Positions 1-10,148 of a stretch of DNA of 64,000 bases are shown here, piece by piece. A program made the position numbers and the translations under genes. The stretch is from Escherichia coli (lineage in GTDB: Bacteria; Pseudomonadota; Gammaproteobacteria; Enterobacterales; Enterobacteriaceae), in the NCBI RefSeq assembly GCF_030013205.1, contig NZ_CP122648.1, one strand, 5' to 3'. The notes below the pieces were generated by a model. It had not been told where the DNA came from. It did not search any database and saw only the letters and a program-made list of their open reading frames with translations. Position 1 is the first letter of the stretch. The number at the start of each line of letters is the position of its first letter.

Positions 1-532
1 GGAAGGTGACGGTAACTGCCGCCGCCGCCTGGCAACCTGGCTGCTGGACGGGAGTCAGCCGCCAACTCTATTACTGCCGGAGCAGGAAGGCATTAATGGC
101 ATTCGTTTCCCCATCTGGCTGGATGAAAACGGCAAACGTGTTGCCGCTGATTGCCCTCAGGCGCGACAAGAAATGATAAATGTCTGGCCGCTACCGCTGG
201 AACCCTGGTTGCCCGCATCAGAACGCCGCGCTGTGCGCTTACCACCGGCCTCGACAATTTGCCCGCCATACGGTCACGATGCACAACTCCCACTGCAGCT
301 GACAGGTGTTTGCGATGGCGCGATTATTAAACGTTTACCGGGCGCAGCGGAAGCGACTTTGCCGTTGCAATCAAGTGGAGGGGCAGGCGAACGCTGGTGG
401 TTTCTGAATGGCGAACCGTTAACTGAACGCGGGCGCAACGTGACCCTGCATTTGATGGATAAAGGCGATTATCAATTGCTGGTGATGGATGAGGTGGGGC
501 AAATCGCGACAGTGAAATTTGTCATGCAATAG
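1..532 (+). CDS. pbpC: penicillin-binding protein 1C, C-terminal part (5' end outside window)
   Basis: Frame is open from the window edge to TAG at 530-532. It lies directly upstream of ndk as in E. coli K-12 (yfhM-pbpC-ndk). Ends ...DYQLLVMDEVGQIATVKFVMQ. Confidence 0.8.
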   Translation, partial: EGDGNCRRRLATWLLDGSQPPTLLLPEQEGINGIRFPIWLDENGKRVAADCPQARQEMINVWPLPLEPWLPASERRAVRLPPASTICPPYGHDAQLPLQLTGVCDGAIIKRLPGAAEATLPLQSSGGAGERWWFLNGEPLTERGRNVTLHLMDKGDYQLLVMDEVGQIATVKFVMQ

Positions 533-680
533 TCTGTTTTGTCCCTGATTGTTGCTTAAACTAGGTTTATTTTAAAAAAATGTTACCTTCATCAATAGTC
601 AACGGCCCTGTTGCTCATTATAATCCGCGCCATCTCGTACGCTGGTACAGACAACAACAGAACAATTTACAGAGGTAAAA

Positions 681-1112
681 ATGGCTATTGAACGTACTTT
701 TTCCATCATCAAACCGAACGCGGTAGCAAAAAACGTCATAGGTAATATCTTTGCGCGCTTTGAAGCTGCAGGGTTCAAAATTGTCGGCACCAAAATGCTG
801 CACCTGACCGTTGAACAGGCTCGTGGCTTTTATGCTGAACACGATGGAAAACCGTTCTTTGATGGTCTGGTTGAATTCATGACTTCTGGCCCGATCGTTG
901 TTTCCGTGCTGGAAGGTGAAAATGCTGTTCAGCGTCATCGCGATCTGCTGGGCGCGACCAATCCGGCAAATGCACTGGCCGGTACTCTGCGTGCTGATTA
1001 CGCCGACAGCCTGACCGAAAATGGTACCCACGGTTCTGATTCCGTCGAATCTGCCGCTCGCGAAATCGCTTATTTCTTCGGCGAAGGCGAAGTGTGCCCG
1101 CGCACCCGTTAA
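681..1112 (+). CDS. ndk: nucleoside diphosphate kinase
   Basis: 143-aa [18 protein letters not shown]... with the NGTHGSD active-site His motif. Length and sequence match my recollection of E. coli Ndk. Confidence 0.97.
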
Positions 1113-1171
1113 TAATTTCGTAAATGCCGCGTGCAAACGTGGCATCCGTGCGCCAGAATTTGTACAATGCA

Positions 1172-1215
1172 GCGCCCCCGGACGAGCAGCCGCTCACCGG
1201 GGCGTTTCTTTTTTC
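1172..1215 (+). terminator. intrinsic terminator downstream of ndk
   Basis: GC-rich stem CGCCCCCGG...CCGGGGCG followed by TTTCTTTTTT. Confidence 0.7.
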
Positions 1216-1261
1216 AACCCTCCAGGGGCCATAACGTGTAATAACGAGGCCGGAATAGCAT

Positions 1262-2416
1262 ATGTCTGAACAATTAGTCACACCTGAAAACGTCACCACG
1301 AAAGATGGAAAAATCAACCTGCTGGATCTCAACCGTCAGCAGATGCGGGAGTTTTTTAAAGATTTAGGTGAAAAACCCTTCCGCGCCGATCAGGTGATGA
1401 AGTGGATGTATCACTATTGCTGCGACAACTTTGATGAGATGACCGACATCAACAAAGTGTTGCGCGGCAAACTGAAAGAGGTGGCGGAGATCCGCGCACC
1501 GGAAGTGGTTGAAGAACAGCGTTCATCTGACGGCACCATTAAATGGGCAATTGCCGTTGGCGATCAGCGCGTCGAAACGGTGTATATCCCGGAAGACGAC
1601 CGCGCAACGCTCTGCGTCTCTTCGCAGGTGGGGTGTGCGCTGGAGTGTAAATTCTGTTCCACTGCCCAGCAGGGCTTTAACCGCAACCTGCGGGTATCGG
1701 AAATTATCGGCCAGGTGTGGCGTGCAGCGAAAATCGTCGGCGCAGCAAAAGTCACCGGTCAGCGTCCAATCACTAACGTAGTGATGATGGGCATGGGCGA
1801 GCCGCTGCTCAACCTGAACAATGTCGTTCCGGCGATGGAAATCATGCTTGATGATTTCGGTTTTGGCCTGTCTAAACGTCGCGTGACGCTTTCCACTTCC
1901 GGTGTAGTTCCGGCGCTGGATAAACTGGGCGATATGATCGACGTTGCACTGGCAATTTCCCTGCACGCGCCGAACGACGAAATTCGTGACGAAATTGTGC
2001 CGATCAACAAAAAGTACAATATCGAAACGTTCCTTGCTGCGGTGCGCCGTTATCTGGAGAAATCCAACGCCAATCAGGGCCGAGTCACTATTGAATACGT
2101 GATGCTTGACCACGTTAACGACGGCACTGAACACGCGCACCAACTGGCGGAGCTACTGAAAGATACGCCGTGTAAGATCAACCTGATCCCGTGGAACCCG
2201 TTCCCGGGCGCGCCGTATGGACGCAGTTCGAACAGCCGTATCGACCGTTTCTCAAAAGTGCTGATGAGCTACGGTTTCACCACTATTGTGCGTAAAACTC
2301 GTGGTGATGATATCGATGCTGCCTGTGGACAGTTGGCGGGCGATGTTATCGACCGTACGAAACGTACTCTGCGTAAACGGATGCAGGGTGAAGCCATCGA
2401 CATTAAAGCGGTCTGA
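1262..2416 (+). CDS. rlmN: 23S rRNA/tRNA m2A methyltransferase, radical SAM
   Basis: 384 aa with the radical-SAM cluster motif CALECKFC (CxxxCxxC). K-12 synteny between ndk and rodZ. Confidence 0.95.
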
Positions 2417-2421
2417 TAGCC

Positions 2422-2464
2422 ATTACGCCACGGTTACTTTATGTACCGTGGCGTAATCTTTTAT
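2422..2464 (+). terminator. intrinsic terminator downstream of rlmN
   Basis: 12-bp stem ATTACGCCACGG / CCGTGGCGTAAT followed by CTTTTAT. Confidence 0.8.
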
Positions 2465-2700
2465 GAATGAAGTATTAAGTTGCAATTGTCTGGTCAATAT
2501 TAACGGTGCGTTTTTGCTGACTTTAAGGCAGTATGTAACGATGCAACAGTAAGTTAGCCTTAGTGAATGTGGGCTTTGTCACGAGCACACAGACGGTCTT
2601 ATACTGTATGATAACGGTTAACTTAACGGATGTTTCGCGGTGTGGGTGAGCATGATGGTTCACCGGCATCTCAATTCTCATTTAAACGTACCTGCAGCGA

Positions 2701-3714
2701 ATGAATACTGAAGCCACGCACGACCAAAATGAAGCACTTACTACCGGCGCTCGCCTGCGTAATGCTCGCGAACAACTAGGACTTAGTCAGCAGGCCGTTG
2801 CCGAGCGACTTTGCCTGAAGGTTTCCACGGTACGCGACATTGAAGAAGATAAGGCACCCGCCGATCTTGCTTCAACATTCCTGCGCGGATATATCCGCTC
2901 TTATGCGCGTCTGGTACATATTCCAGAAGAAGAACTGCTGCCAGGGCTGGAAAAGCAGGCTCCACTACGGGCTGCAAAAGTTGCGCCGATGCAGAGTTTT
3001 TCCCTCGGTAAACGCCGCAAAAAACGCGACGGCTGGCTGATGACCTTCACCTGGCTGGTGTTGTTTGTGGTTATCGGCCTGAGCGGTGCCTGGTGGTGGC
3101 AAGACCACAAAGCTCAGCAGGAAGAGATCACCACTATGGCCGATCAATCTTCGGCGGAACTGAGCAGTAATAGCGAGCAGGGGCAGAGTGTTCCGTTAAA
3201 TACGTCGACAACTACAGACCCGGCTACAACGTCCACGCCGCCAGCGTCTGTGGATACTACCGCAACCAACACGCAAACACCTGCCGTAACTGCGCCAGCA
3301 CCAGCTGTTGATCCGCAACAGAATGCGGTTGTTTCGCCTTCGCAGGCAAATGTTGATACCGCCGCGACCCCGGCACCAACGGCAACAACAACGCCAGATG
3401 GTGCTGCGCCGTTGCCAACCGATCAGGCTGGCGTGACCACGCCGGCGGCTGATCCGAATGCGCTGGTGATGAACTTTACTGCCGATTGCTGGCTGGAGGT
3501 CACTGATGCTACCGGTAAAAAACTGTTTAGCGGGATGCAGCGTAAAGACGGTAATTTGAATTTAACCGGCCAGGCACCGTATAAACTGAAAATTGGTGCG
3601 CCAGCCGCAGTACAGATCCAGTATCAAGGGAAACCTGTCGATCTGAGTCGTTTTATCAGAACTAACCAGGTTGCGCGTCTGACCCTCAATGCCGAACAAT
3701 CACCGGCGCAGTAA
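2701..3714 (+). CDS. rodZ: cytoskeleton protein RodZ
   Basis: 337 aa. N-terminal HTH ([12 protein letters not shown]), a single TM segment ([22 protein letters not shown]), then a Thr/Pro/Ala-rich linker. K-12 synteny. Confidence 0.95.
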   Translation: MNTEATHDQNEALTTGARLRNAREQLGLSQQAVAERLCLKVSTVRDIEEDKAPADLASTFLRGYIRSYARLVHIPEEELLPGLEKQAPLRAAKVAPMQSFSLGKRRKKRDGWLMTFTWLVLFVVIGLSGAWWWQDHKAQQEEITTMADQSSAELSSNSEQGQSVPLNTSTTTDPATTSTPPASVDTTATNTQTPAVTAPAPAVDPQQNAVVSPSQANVDTAATPAPTATTTPDGAAPLPTDQAGVTTPAADPNALVMNFTADCWLEVTDATGKKLFSGMQRKDGNLNLTGQAPYKLKIGAPAAVQIQYQGKPVDLSRFIRTNQVARLTLNAEQSPAQ

Positions 3715-3740
3715 CAGACGGGTAACGCGGGAGATTTTTC

Positions 3741-4859
3741 ATGCATAACCAGGCTCCAATTCAACGTAGAAAATCAACACGTATTTACGTTGGGAATGTG
3801 CCGATTGGCGATGGTGCTCCCATCGCCGTACAGTCCATGACCAATACGCGTACGACAGACGTCGAAGCAACGGTCAATCAAATCAAGGCGTTGGAACGTG
3901 TTGGCGCTGATATCGTCCGTGTCTCAGTACCGACGATGGACGCGGCAGAAGCGTTCAAACTCATCAAACAGCAGGTTAACGTGCCGCTGGTGGCTGACAT
4001 CCACTTCGACTATCGCATTGCGCTGAAAGTAGCGGAATACGGCGTCGATTGTCTGCGTATTAACCCTGGCAATATCGGTAATGAAGAGCGTATTCGCATG
4101 GTGGTTGACTGTGCGCGCGATAAAAACATTCCGATCCGTATTGGCGTTAACGCCGGATCGCTGGAAAAAGATCTGCAAGAAAAGTATGGCGAACCGACGC
4201 CGCAGGCGTTGCTGGAATCCGCCATGCGTCATGTTGATCATCTCGATCGCTTGAACTTCGAACAGTTCAAAGTCAGCGTGAAAGCGTCAGACGTCTTCCT
4301 CGCTGTTGAGTCTTATCGTTTGCTGGCAAAACAGATCGATCAGCCGCTGCATCTGGGGATCACCGAAGCGGGTGGTGCGCGCAGCGGGGCGGTTAAATCC
4401 GCCATTGGTTTAGGTCTGCTGCTGTCTGAAGGCATTGGCGACACGCTGCGCGTATCGCTGGCGGCCGATCCGGTTGAAGAGATCAAAGTCGGTTTCGATA
4501 TTTTGAAATCGCTGCGTATCCGTTCGCGCGGGATCAACTTCATCGCCTGTCCAACCTGTTCGCGTCAGGAGTTTGATGTTATCGGTACGGTTAACGCGCT
4601 GGAGCAACGCCTGGAAGATATCATCACTCCGATGGACGTTTCGATTATCGGCTGTGTGGTGAATGGCCCAGGTGAGGCGCTGGTTTCTACACTCGGCGTC
4701 ACCGGCGGTAACAAGAAAAGCGGCCTCTATGAAGATGGCGTGCGCAAAGACCGTCTGGACAACAACGATATGATCGACCAGCTGGAAGCGCGCATTCGTG
4801 CGAAAGCCAGTCAGCTGGACGAAGCGCGTCGAATTGACGTTCAGCAGGTTGAAAAATAA
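3741..4859 (+). CDS. ispG: 4-hydroxy-3-methylbut-2-en-1-yl diphosphate synthase
   Basis: 372 aa, [28 protein letters not shown]..., with C-terminal Fe-S cysteines (CPTCSR...GCVVNGPGE). Synteny. Confidence 0.97.
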   Translation: MHNQAPIQRRKSTRIYVGNVPIGDGAPIAVQSMTNTRTTDVEATVNQIKALERVGADIVRVSVPTMDAAEAFKLIKQQVNVPLVADIHFDYRIALKVAEYGVDCLRINPGNIGNEERIRMVVDCARDKNIPIRIGVNAGSLEKDLQEKYGEPTPQALLESAMRHVDHLDRLNFEQFKVSVKASDVFLAVESYRLLAKQIDQPLHLGITEAGGARSGAVKSAIGLGLLLSEGIGDTLRVSLAADPVEEIKVGFDILKSLRIRSRGINFIACPTCSRQEFDVIGTVNALEQRLEDIITPMDVSIIGCVVNGPGEALVSTLGVTGGNKKSGLYEDGVRKDRLDNNDMIDQLEARIRAKASQLDEARRIDVQQVEK

Positions 4860-4955
4860 TAACGTGATGGGAAGCGCCTCGCTTCCCGTGTATGATTGAA
4901 CCCGCATGGCTCCCGAAACATTGAGGGAAGCGTTGAGGGTTCATTTTTATATTCA
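4860..4955 (+). ncRNA. sroE: possible SroE small RNA (ispG 3' UTR / ispG-hisS spacer)
   Basis: From memory, K-12 has a ~90-nt sRNA in the gcpE(ispG)-hisS spacer on the gene strand. The spacer here has hairpin GGGAAGCG-CCT-CGCTTCCC and a long-range stem TGAACCC...GGGTTCA followed by TTTTTA. The ends are not determinable from sequence. Confidence 0.35.
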
Positions 4956-4969
4956 GAAAGAGAATAAAC

Positions 4970-6244
4970 GTGGCAAAAAACATTCAAGCCATTCGCGGCA
5001 TGAACGATTACCTGCCTGGCGAAACGGCCATCTGGCAGCGCATTGAAGGCACACTGAAAAACGTGCTCGGCAGCTACGGTTACAGTGAAATCCGCTTGCC
5101 GATTGTAGAGCAGACCCCGCTATTCAAACGTGCGATTGGTGAAGTCACCGACGTGGTTGAAAAAGAGATGTACACCTTTGAGGATCGCAATGGCGACAGC
5201 CTGACTCTGCGCCCTGAAGGGACGGCGGGCTGTGTACGCGCCGGCATCGAGCATGGTCTTCTGTACAATCAGGAACAGCGTCTGTGGTATATCGGGCCGA
5301 TGTTCCGTCACGAGCGTCCGCAGAAAGGGCGTTATCGTCAGTTCCATCAGTTGGGCTGCGAAGTTTTCGGTCTGCAAGGTCCGGATATCGACGCTGAATT
5401 GATTATGCTCACCGCCCGCTGGTGGCGCGCGCTGGGTATCTCCGAGCACGTAACTCTTGAGCTGAACTCTATCGGTTCGCTGGAAGCACGCGCCAATTAC
5501 CGCGATGCGCTGGTGGTATTCCTTGAGCAGCATAAAGAAAAGCTGGACGAAGACTGCAAACGCCGCATGTACACTAACCCGCTGCGCGTGCTGGATTCAA
5601 AAAATCCGGAAGTGCAGGCGCTTCTCAACGATGCTCCGGCATTAGGCGATTATCTGGACGAGGAATCTCGTGAGCATTTTGCCGGTCTGTGCAAACTGCT
5701 TGAGAGCGCGGGGATCGCTTACACCGTAAACCAGCGTCTGGTGCGTGGTCTGGATTACTATAACCGTACCGTTTTCGAGTGGGTGACTAACAGCCTCGGC
5801 TCTCAGGGCACCGTGTGTGCAGGCGGTCGTTATGACGGTCTGGTGGAACAACTGGGCGGTCGTGCAACACCGGCTGTCGGTTTTGCGATGGGCCTCGAAC
5901 GTCTTGTATTGTTAGTTCAGGCCGTTAATCCGGAATTTAAGGCCGATCCTGTTGTCGATATATACCTGGTGGCTTCAGGTGCTGATACACAATCTGCGGC
6001 TATGGCATTAGCTGAGCGTCTGCGTGATGAATTACCGGGCGTGAAATTGATGACCAACCACGGCGGCGGCAACTTTAAGAAACAGTTTGCCCGTGCTGAT
6101 AAATGGGGTGCCCGCGTTGCTGTGGTGCTGGGTGAGTCTGAAGTGGCTAACGGCACAGCAGTAGTGAAGGATTTGCGCTCTGGTGAGCAAACGGCAGTTG
6201 CGCAGGATAGCGTAGCCGCGCATTTGCGCACGTTAATGGGTTAA
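4970..6244 (+). CDS. hisS: histidine--tRNA ligase
   Basis: 424 aa with a GTG start, [18 protein letters not shown]..., class II aaRS. K-12 synteny. Confidence 0.97.
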   Translation: MAKNIQAIRGMNDYLPGETAIWQRIEGTLKNVLGSYGYSEIRLPIVEQTPLFKRAIGEVTDVVEKEMYTFEDRNGDSLTLRPEGTAGCVRAGIEHGLLYNQEQRLWYIGPMFRHERPQKGRYRQFHQLGCEVFGLQGPDIDAELIMLTARWWRALGISEHVTLELNSIGSLEARANYRDALVVFLEQHKEKLDEDCKRRMYTNPLRVLDSKNPEVQALLNDAPALGDYLDEESREHFAGLCKLLESAGIAYTVNQRLVRGLDYYNRTVFEWVTNSLGSQGTVCAGGRYDGLVEQLGGRATPAVGFAMGLERLVLLVQAVNPEFKADPVVDIYLVASGADTQSAAMALAERLRDELPGVKLMTNHGGGNFKKQFARADKWGARVAVVLGESEVANGTAVVKDLRSGEQTAVAQDSVAAHLRTLMG

Positions 6245-6261
6245 GGAAGGAGAAGGACAGC

Positions 6262-6882
6262 GTGGAAATTTACGAGAACGAAAACGACCAGGTGGAAGCG
6301 GTTAAACGCTTTTTTGCTGAAAATGGCAAAGCACTGGCTGTTGGGGTGATTTTGGGCGTTGGCGCACTAATTGGCTGGCGCTACTGGAACAGCCATCAGG
6401 TTGATTCTGCACGCTCCGCTTCTCTTGCCTATCAAAATGCGGTTACCGCAGTGAGCGAAGGCAAACCGGATAGCATCCCGGCGGCGGAAAAATTTGCTGC
6501 TGAAAATAAAAATACTTATGGTGCGCTGGCTTCTTTGGAACTTGCGCAGCAATTTGTTGACAAAAATGAACTAGAGAAAGCTGCCGCCCAGTTACAACAG
6601 GGGCTGGCAGACACGAGCGATGAAAATCTCAAAGCCGTGATAAATCTGCGTCTTGCTCGCGTTCAGGTTCAGCTCAAGCAGGCTGATGCCGCGCTGAAAA
6701 CCCTTGATACCATCAAAGGTGAAGGGTGGGCTGCCATTGTTGCCGACCTGCGTGGTGAAGCATTGCTGAGCAAAGGTGATAAGCAAGGTGCGCGTAGTGC
6801 ATGGGAAGCAGGCGTGAAAAGCGATGTTACCCCGGCACTGAGCGAAATGATGCAGATGAAAATTAATAATTTGTCCATCTGA
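6262..6882 (+). CDS. yfgM: membrane-anchored TPR-like protein YfgM
   Basis: 206 aa with a GTG start, an N-terminal TM segment (ALAVGVILGVGALIGW) and a helical-repeat C-terminus. Synteny between hisS and bamB. Confidence 0.9.
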   Translation: MEIYENENDQVEAVKRFFAENGKALAVGVILGVGALIGWRYWNSHQVDSARSASLAYQNAVTAVSEGKPDSIPAAEKFAAENKNTYGALASLELAQQFVDKNELEKAAAQLQQGLADTSDENLKAVINLRLARVQVQLKQADAALKTLDTIKGEGWAAIVADLRGEALLSKGDKQGARSAWEAGVKSDVTPALSEMMQMKINNLSI

Positions 6883-6892
6883 GAGGGACCCG

Positions 6893-8071
6893 ATGCAATT
6901 GCGTAAATTACTGCTGCCAGGACTGCTTTCCGTTACCCTTTTAAGCGGCTGTTCGCTGTTTAACAGCGAAGAAGATGTGGTAAAGATGTCCCCATTGCCA
7001 ACCGTTGAAAACCAGTTTACGCCGACCACGGCGTGGAGTACTTCCGTTGGTAGCGGCATTGGCAACTTCTATTCCAATCTTCATCCGGCACTGGCGGACA
7101 ACGTTGTCTATGCAGCGGACCGCGCTGGTTTAGTAAAAGCGCTGAATGCGGATGATGGCAAAGAAATCTGGTCTGTCAGCCTGGCCGAGAAAGATGGCTG
7201 GTTCTCTAAAGAGCCTGCATTACTTTCTGGCGGTGTGACCGTGTCTGGTGGGCATGTCTACATTGGCAGCGAAAAGGCGCAGGTTTACGCGCTGAATACC
7301 AGCGATGGTACTGTGGCATGGCAAACTAAAGTCGCGGGTGAAGCACTTTCGCGTCCGGTGGTCAGCGACGGTCTGGTGTTAATCCACACCAGTAACGGTC
7401 AGTTACAAGCGCTGAACGAAGCTGACGGCGCTGTCAAATGGACAGTTAACCTCGATATGCCTTCGCTCTCTTTGCGTGGCGAGTCTGCGCCGGCAACGGC
7501 TTTTGGTGCGGCCGTCGTGGGTGGCGATAATGGTCGCGTCAGCGCAGTGCTGATGGAACAGGGCCAGATGATTTGGCAGCAGCGTATTTCCCAGGCGACC
7601 GGTTCAACCGAAATTGACCGTCTGAGCGATGTTGACACGACTCCCGTCGTTGTTAACGGCGTTGTTTTCGCGCTGGCCTATAATGGTAACCTGACGGCGC
7701 TTGATCTGCGCAGCGGTCAGATTATGTGGAAACGCGAACTGGGTTCGGTGAATGATTTCATCGTCGACGGCAACCGCATCTATCTGGTCGATCAAAATGA
7801 CCGGGTGATGGCGTTGACCATTGATGGCGGCGTTACGCTGTGGACACAAAGCGATCTGCTGCATCGCCTGCTGACTTCTCCGGTGCTGTATAATGGCAAC
7901 CTGGTGGTAGGTGACAGCGAAGGTTATCTGCACTGGATTAACGTCGAAGATGGTCGTTTCGTTGCCCAGCAAAAAGTTGATAGTTCCGGTTTCCAGACTG
8001 AACCGGTTGCCGCTGACGGCAAACTGCTGATCCAGGCAAAAGACGGAACTGTGTACTCTATTACACGTTAA
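6893..8071 (+). CDS. bamB: outer membrane protein assembly factor BamB (lipoprotein)
   Basis: 392 aa with lipobox LLSGC and repeated PQQ-like beta-propeller blades. Synteny. Confidence 0.95.
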   Translation: MQLRKLLLPGLLSVTLLSGCSLFNSEEDVVKMSPLPTVENQFTPTTAWSTSVGSGIGNFYSNLHPALADNVVYAADRAGLVKALNADDGKEIWSVSLAEKDGWFSKEPALLSGGVTVSGGHVYIGSEKAQVYALNTSDGTVAWQTKVAGEALSRPVVSDGLVLIHTSNGQLQALNEADGAVKWTVNLDMPSLSLRGESAPATAFGAAVVGGDNGRVSAVLMEQGQMIWQQRISQATGSTEIDRLSDVDTTPVVVNGVVFALAYNGNLTALDLRSGQIMWKRELGSVNDFIVDGNRIYLVDQNDRVMALTIDGGVTLWTQSDLLHRLLTSPVLYNGNLVVGDSEGYLHWINVEDGRFVAQQKVDSSGFQTEPVAADGKLLIQAKDGTVYSITR

Positions 8072-8092
8072 TCGTCTCTGTCGTTCACTTTG

Positions 8093-8129
8093 AAAACGGC
8101 TCCTGGACAGGGGCCGTTTTCCTGTTTTT
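8093..8129 (+). terminator. intrinsic terminator downstream of bamB
   Basis: Stem AAAACGGC / GCCGTTTT enclosing CCTG/CAGG, followed by CCTGTTTTT. Confidence 0.65.
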
Positions 8130-8188
8130 AACAACGACACGAATATAGCGTGCGTTGTCTGATGATTTATAAAAATGAGGCTTTAAAC

Positions 8189-9661
8189 ATGGTACCTGTG
8201 GTCGCGCTTGTCGGGCGCCCTAACGTAGGAAAATCCACGTTATTTAACCGTCTAACTCGCACCCGAGATGCGCTGGTTGCGGATTTCCCGGGTCTGACTC
8301 GTGACCGTAAGTACGGTCGTGCAGAAATTGAAGGCCGTGAGTTTATCTGCATTGATACCGGCGGGATTGATGGCACAGAAGACGGTGTAGAAACTCGCAT
8401 GGCGGAACAGTCGCTGCTGGCGATTGAAGAAGCGGACGTCGTACTGTTTATGGTGGATGCGCGCGCGGGCCTGATGCCGGCGGATGAAGCGATTGCTAAA
8501 CATCTGCGCTCCCGTGAAAAACCGACCTTCCTGGTGGCAAACAAAACTGACGGTCTGGATCCCGATCAGGCAGTGGTTGATTTCTACTCGCTTGGTTTAG
8601 GGGAAATCTACCCGATCGCCGCGTCTCACGGTCGTGGCGTATTAAGTCTGCTGGAGCACGTGCTGCTGCCGTGGATGGAAGATCTCGCACCGCAAGAAGA
8701 AGTCGACGAAGACGCTGAATACTGGGCGCAATTTGAAGCAGAAGAAAACGGCGAAGAAGAAGAGGAAGATGACTTCGACCCGCAAAGTCTGCCGATCAAA
8801 CTGGCGATTGTGGGTCGTCCGAACGTAGGTAAGTCTACACTCACTAACCGTATTCTTGGTGAAGAGCGCGTTGTTGTTTACGACATGCCTGGCACGACGC
8901 GTGACAGCATCTACATTCCAATGGAGCGCGATGGACGTGAGTATGTACTCATTGACACCGCAGGCGTACGTAAACGCGGCAAAATCACCGATGCTGTAGA
9001 GAAATTCTCGGTAATCAAAACGTTGCAGGCCATTGAAGATGCCAACGTGGTGATGTTGGTGATTGATGCGCGCGAAGGTATTTCCGATCAGGATCTCTCC
9101 CTGCTGGGCTTTATTCTCAATAGTGGGCGCTCACTTGTCATTGTGGTGAATAAGTGGGATGGCCTGAGCCAGGAAGTGAAAGAGCAGGTGAAAGAAACGC
9201 TGGACTTCCGTCTGGGCTTTATCGATTTTGCTCGTGTGCATTTTATCTCAGCCTTGCACGGCAGTGGTGTTGGTAATCTGTTTGAATCAGTACGTGAAGC
9301 GTATGACAGCTCCACCCGTCGTGTGGGGACCTCTATGCTGACGCGCATCATGACGATGGCTGTTGAAGATCACCAACCGCCGTTGGTACGCGGTCGTCGT
9401 GTGAAGCTGAAATATGCCCACGCTGGTGGTTATAACCCGCCGATTGTGGTGATTCACGGTAACCAGGTGAAAGACCTGCCTGATTCCTACAAGCGTTACT
9501 TGATGAACTACTTCCGCAAATCGCTGGACGTAATGGGATCGCCGATTCGTATTCAGTTCAAAGAAGGGGAAAACCCGTATGCGAACAAGCGTAATACCCT
9601 GACGCCAACCCAGATGCGCAAGCGTAAGCGCCTGATGAAGCATATCAAGAAAAGTAAGTAA
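8189..9661 (+). CDS. der: ribosome-associated GTPase Der (EngA)
   Basis: Start moved to ATG 8189 ([17 protein letters not shown]), which gives 490 aa and has a GAGG Shine-Dalgarno upstream. Two tandem GTPase domains, each with GRPNVGKST. Confidence 0.95.
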   Translation: MVPVVALVGRPNVGKSTLFNRLTRTRDALVADFPGLTRDRKYGRAEIEGREFICIDTGGIDGTEDGVETRMAEQSLLAIEEADVVLFMVDARAGLMPADEAIAKHLRSREKPTFLVANKTDGLDPDQAVVDFYSLGLGEIYPIAASHGRGVLSLLEHVLLPWMEDLAPQEEVDEDAEYWAQFEAEENGEEEEEDDFDPQSLPIKLAIVGRPNVGKSTLTNRILGEERVVVYDMPGTTRDSIYIPMERDGREYVLIDTAGVRKRGKITDAVEKFSVIKTLQAIEDANVVMLVIDAREGISDQDLSLLGFILNSGRSLVIVVNKWDGLSQEVKEQVKETLDFRLGFIDFARVHFISALHGSGVGNLFESVREAYDSSTRRVGTSMLTRIMTMAVEDHQPPLVRGRRVKLKYAHAGGYNPPIVVIHGNQVKDLPDSYKRYLMNYFRKSLDVMGSPIRIQFKEGENPYANKRNTLTPTQMRKRKRLMKHIKKSK

Positions 9662-9723
9662 TCACTTATCTGGTTTCCCTTTCCACACGGAAAGGGAAAC
9701 CGAATAACGCGCGAGGAGTATTT

Positions 9724-9939
9724 ATGGCACTCAACTGTCCAACCTGCAAAACCCCTCTCGAACGCAATGGCGAGACTGCCCACTGTGCAACTTGCGACAA
9801 AGACTTTACCGTCCAGGCACTTTGCCCTGAGTGTCATCAGCCGTTACAAGTGTTAAAAGCTTGTGGTGCTGTGGATTATTTCTGCCAACATGGGCACGGT
9901 TTAATATCTAAAAAACGCGTTGAATTTGTTATTGCTTAA
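9724..9939 (+). CDS. yfgJ: zinc-ribbon protein YfgJ
   Basis: 71 aa with four Cys-containing pairs (CPTC, CATC, CPEC, CQHGH). Synteny downstream of der. Confidence 0.85.
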   Translation: MALNCPTCKTPLERNGETAHCATCDKDFTVQALCPECHQPLQVLKACGAVDYFCQHGHGLISKKRVEFVIA

Positions 9940-10148
9940 TATCATGTGAATATATTGTTTTATCATTTATATTTAATATGTGAATGGTAAAACAATCTGT
10001 TATTAGTGGAATAACTAATGTAATTGAGTGAAATCACTAATTTAAATAATTAAGAATATATTTATTCTTTATGACATGCCTTTCTGAATAATCAGGGATA
10101 CAATATTAAAGCTTATTTTTGACTGTATCATTGTTACAGGGAAAGTGC

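Noticed and set aside
618-1145. Long antisense ORFs overlapping housekeeping genes. Examples are 618..1145(-) opposite ndk, 1523..2143(-) opposite rlmN, 23122..23934(-) opposite guaB, 24651..25514(-) and 25539..26114(-) opposite guaA, 42905..43729(-) and 43516..44157(-) opposite virion genes.
   Set aside because: They lie opposite well-supported genes, have odd composition (Arg/His/Phe-rich) and lack start-site context. They are typical shadow ORFs.
9672-9701. Hairpin GGTTTCCCTTT...AAAGGGAAACC after der as a terminator.
   Set aside because: There is no U-tract, and yfgJ starts 23 nt downstream. It is more likely an mRNA stability or processing structure, and it is not called.
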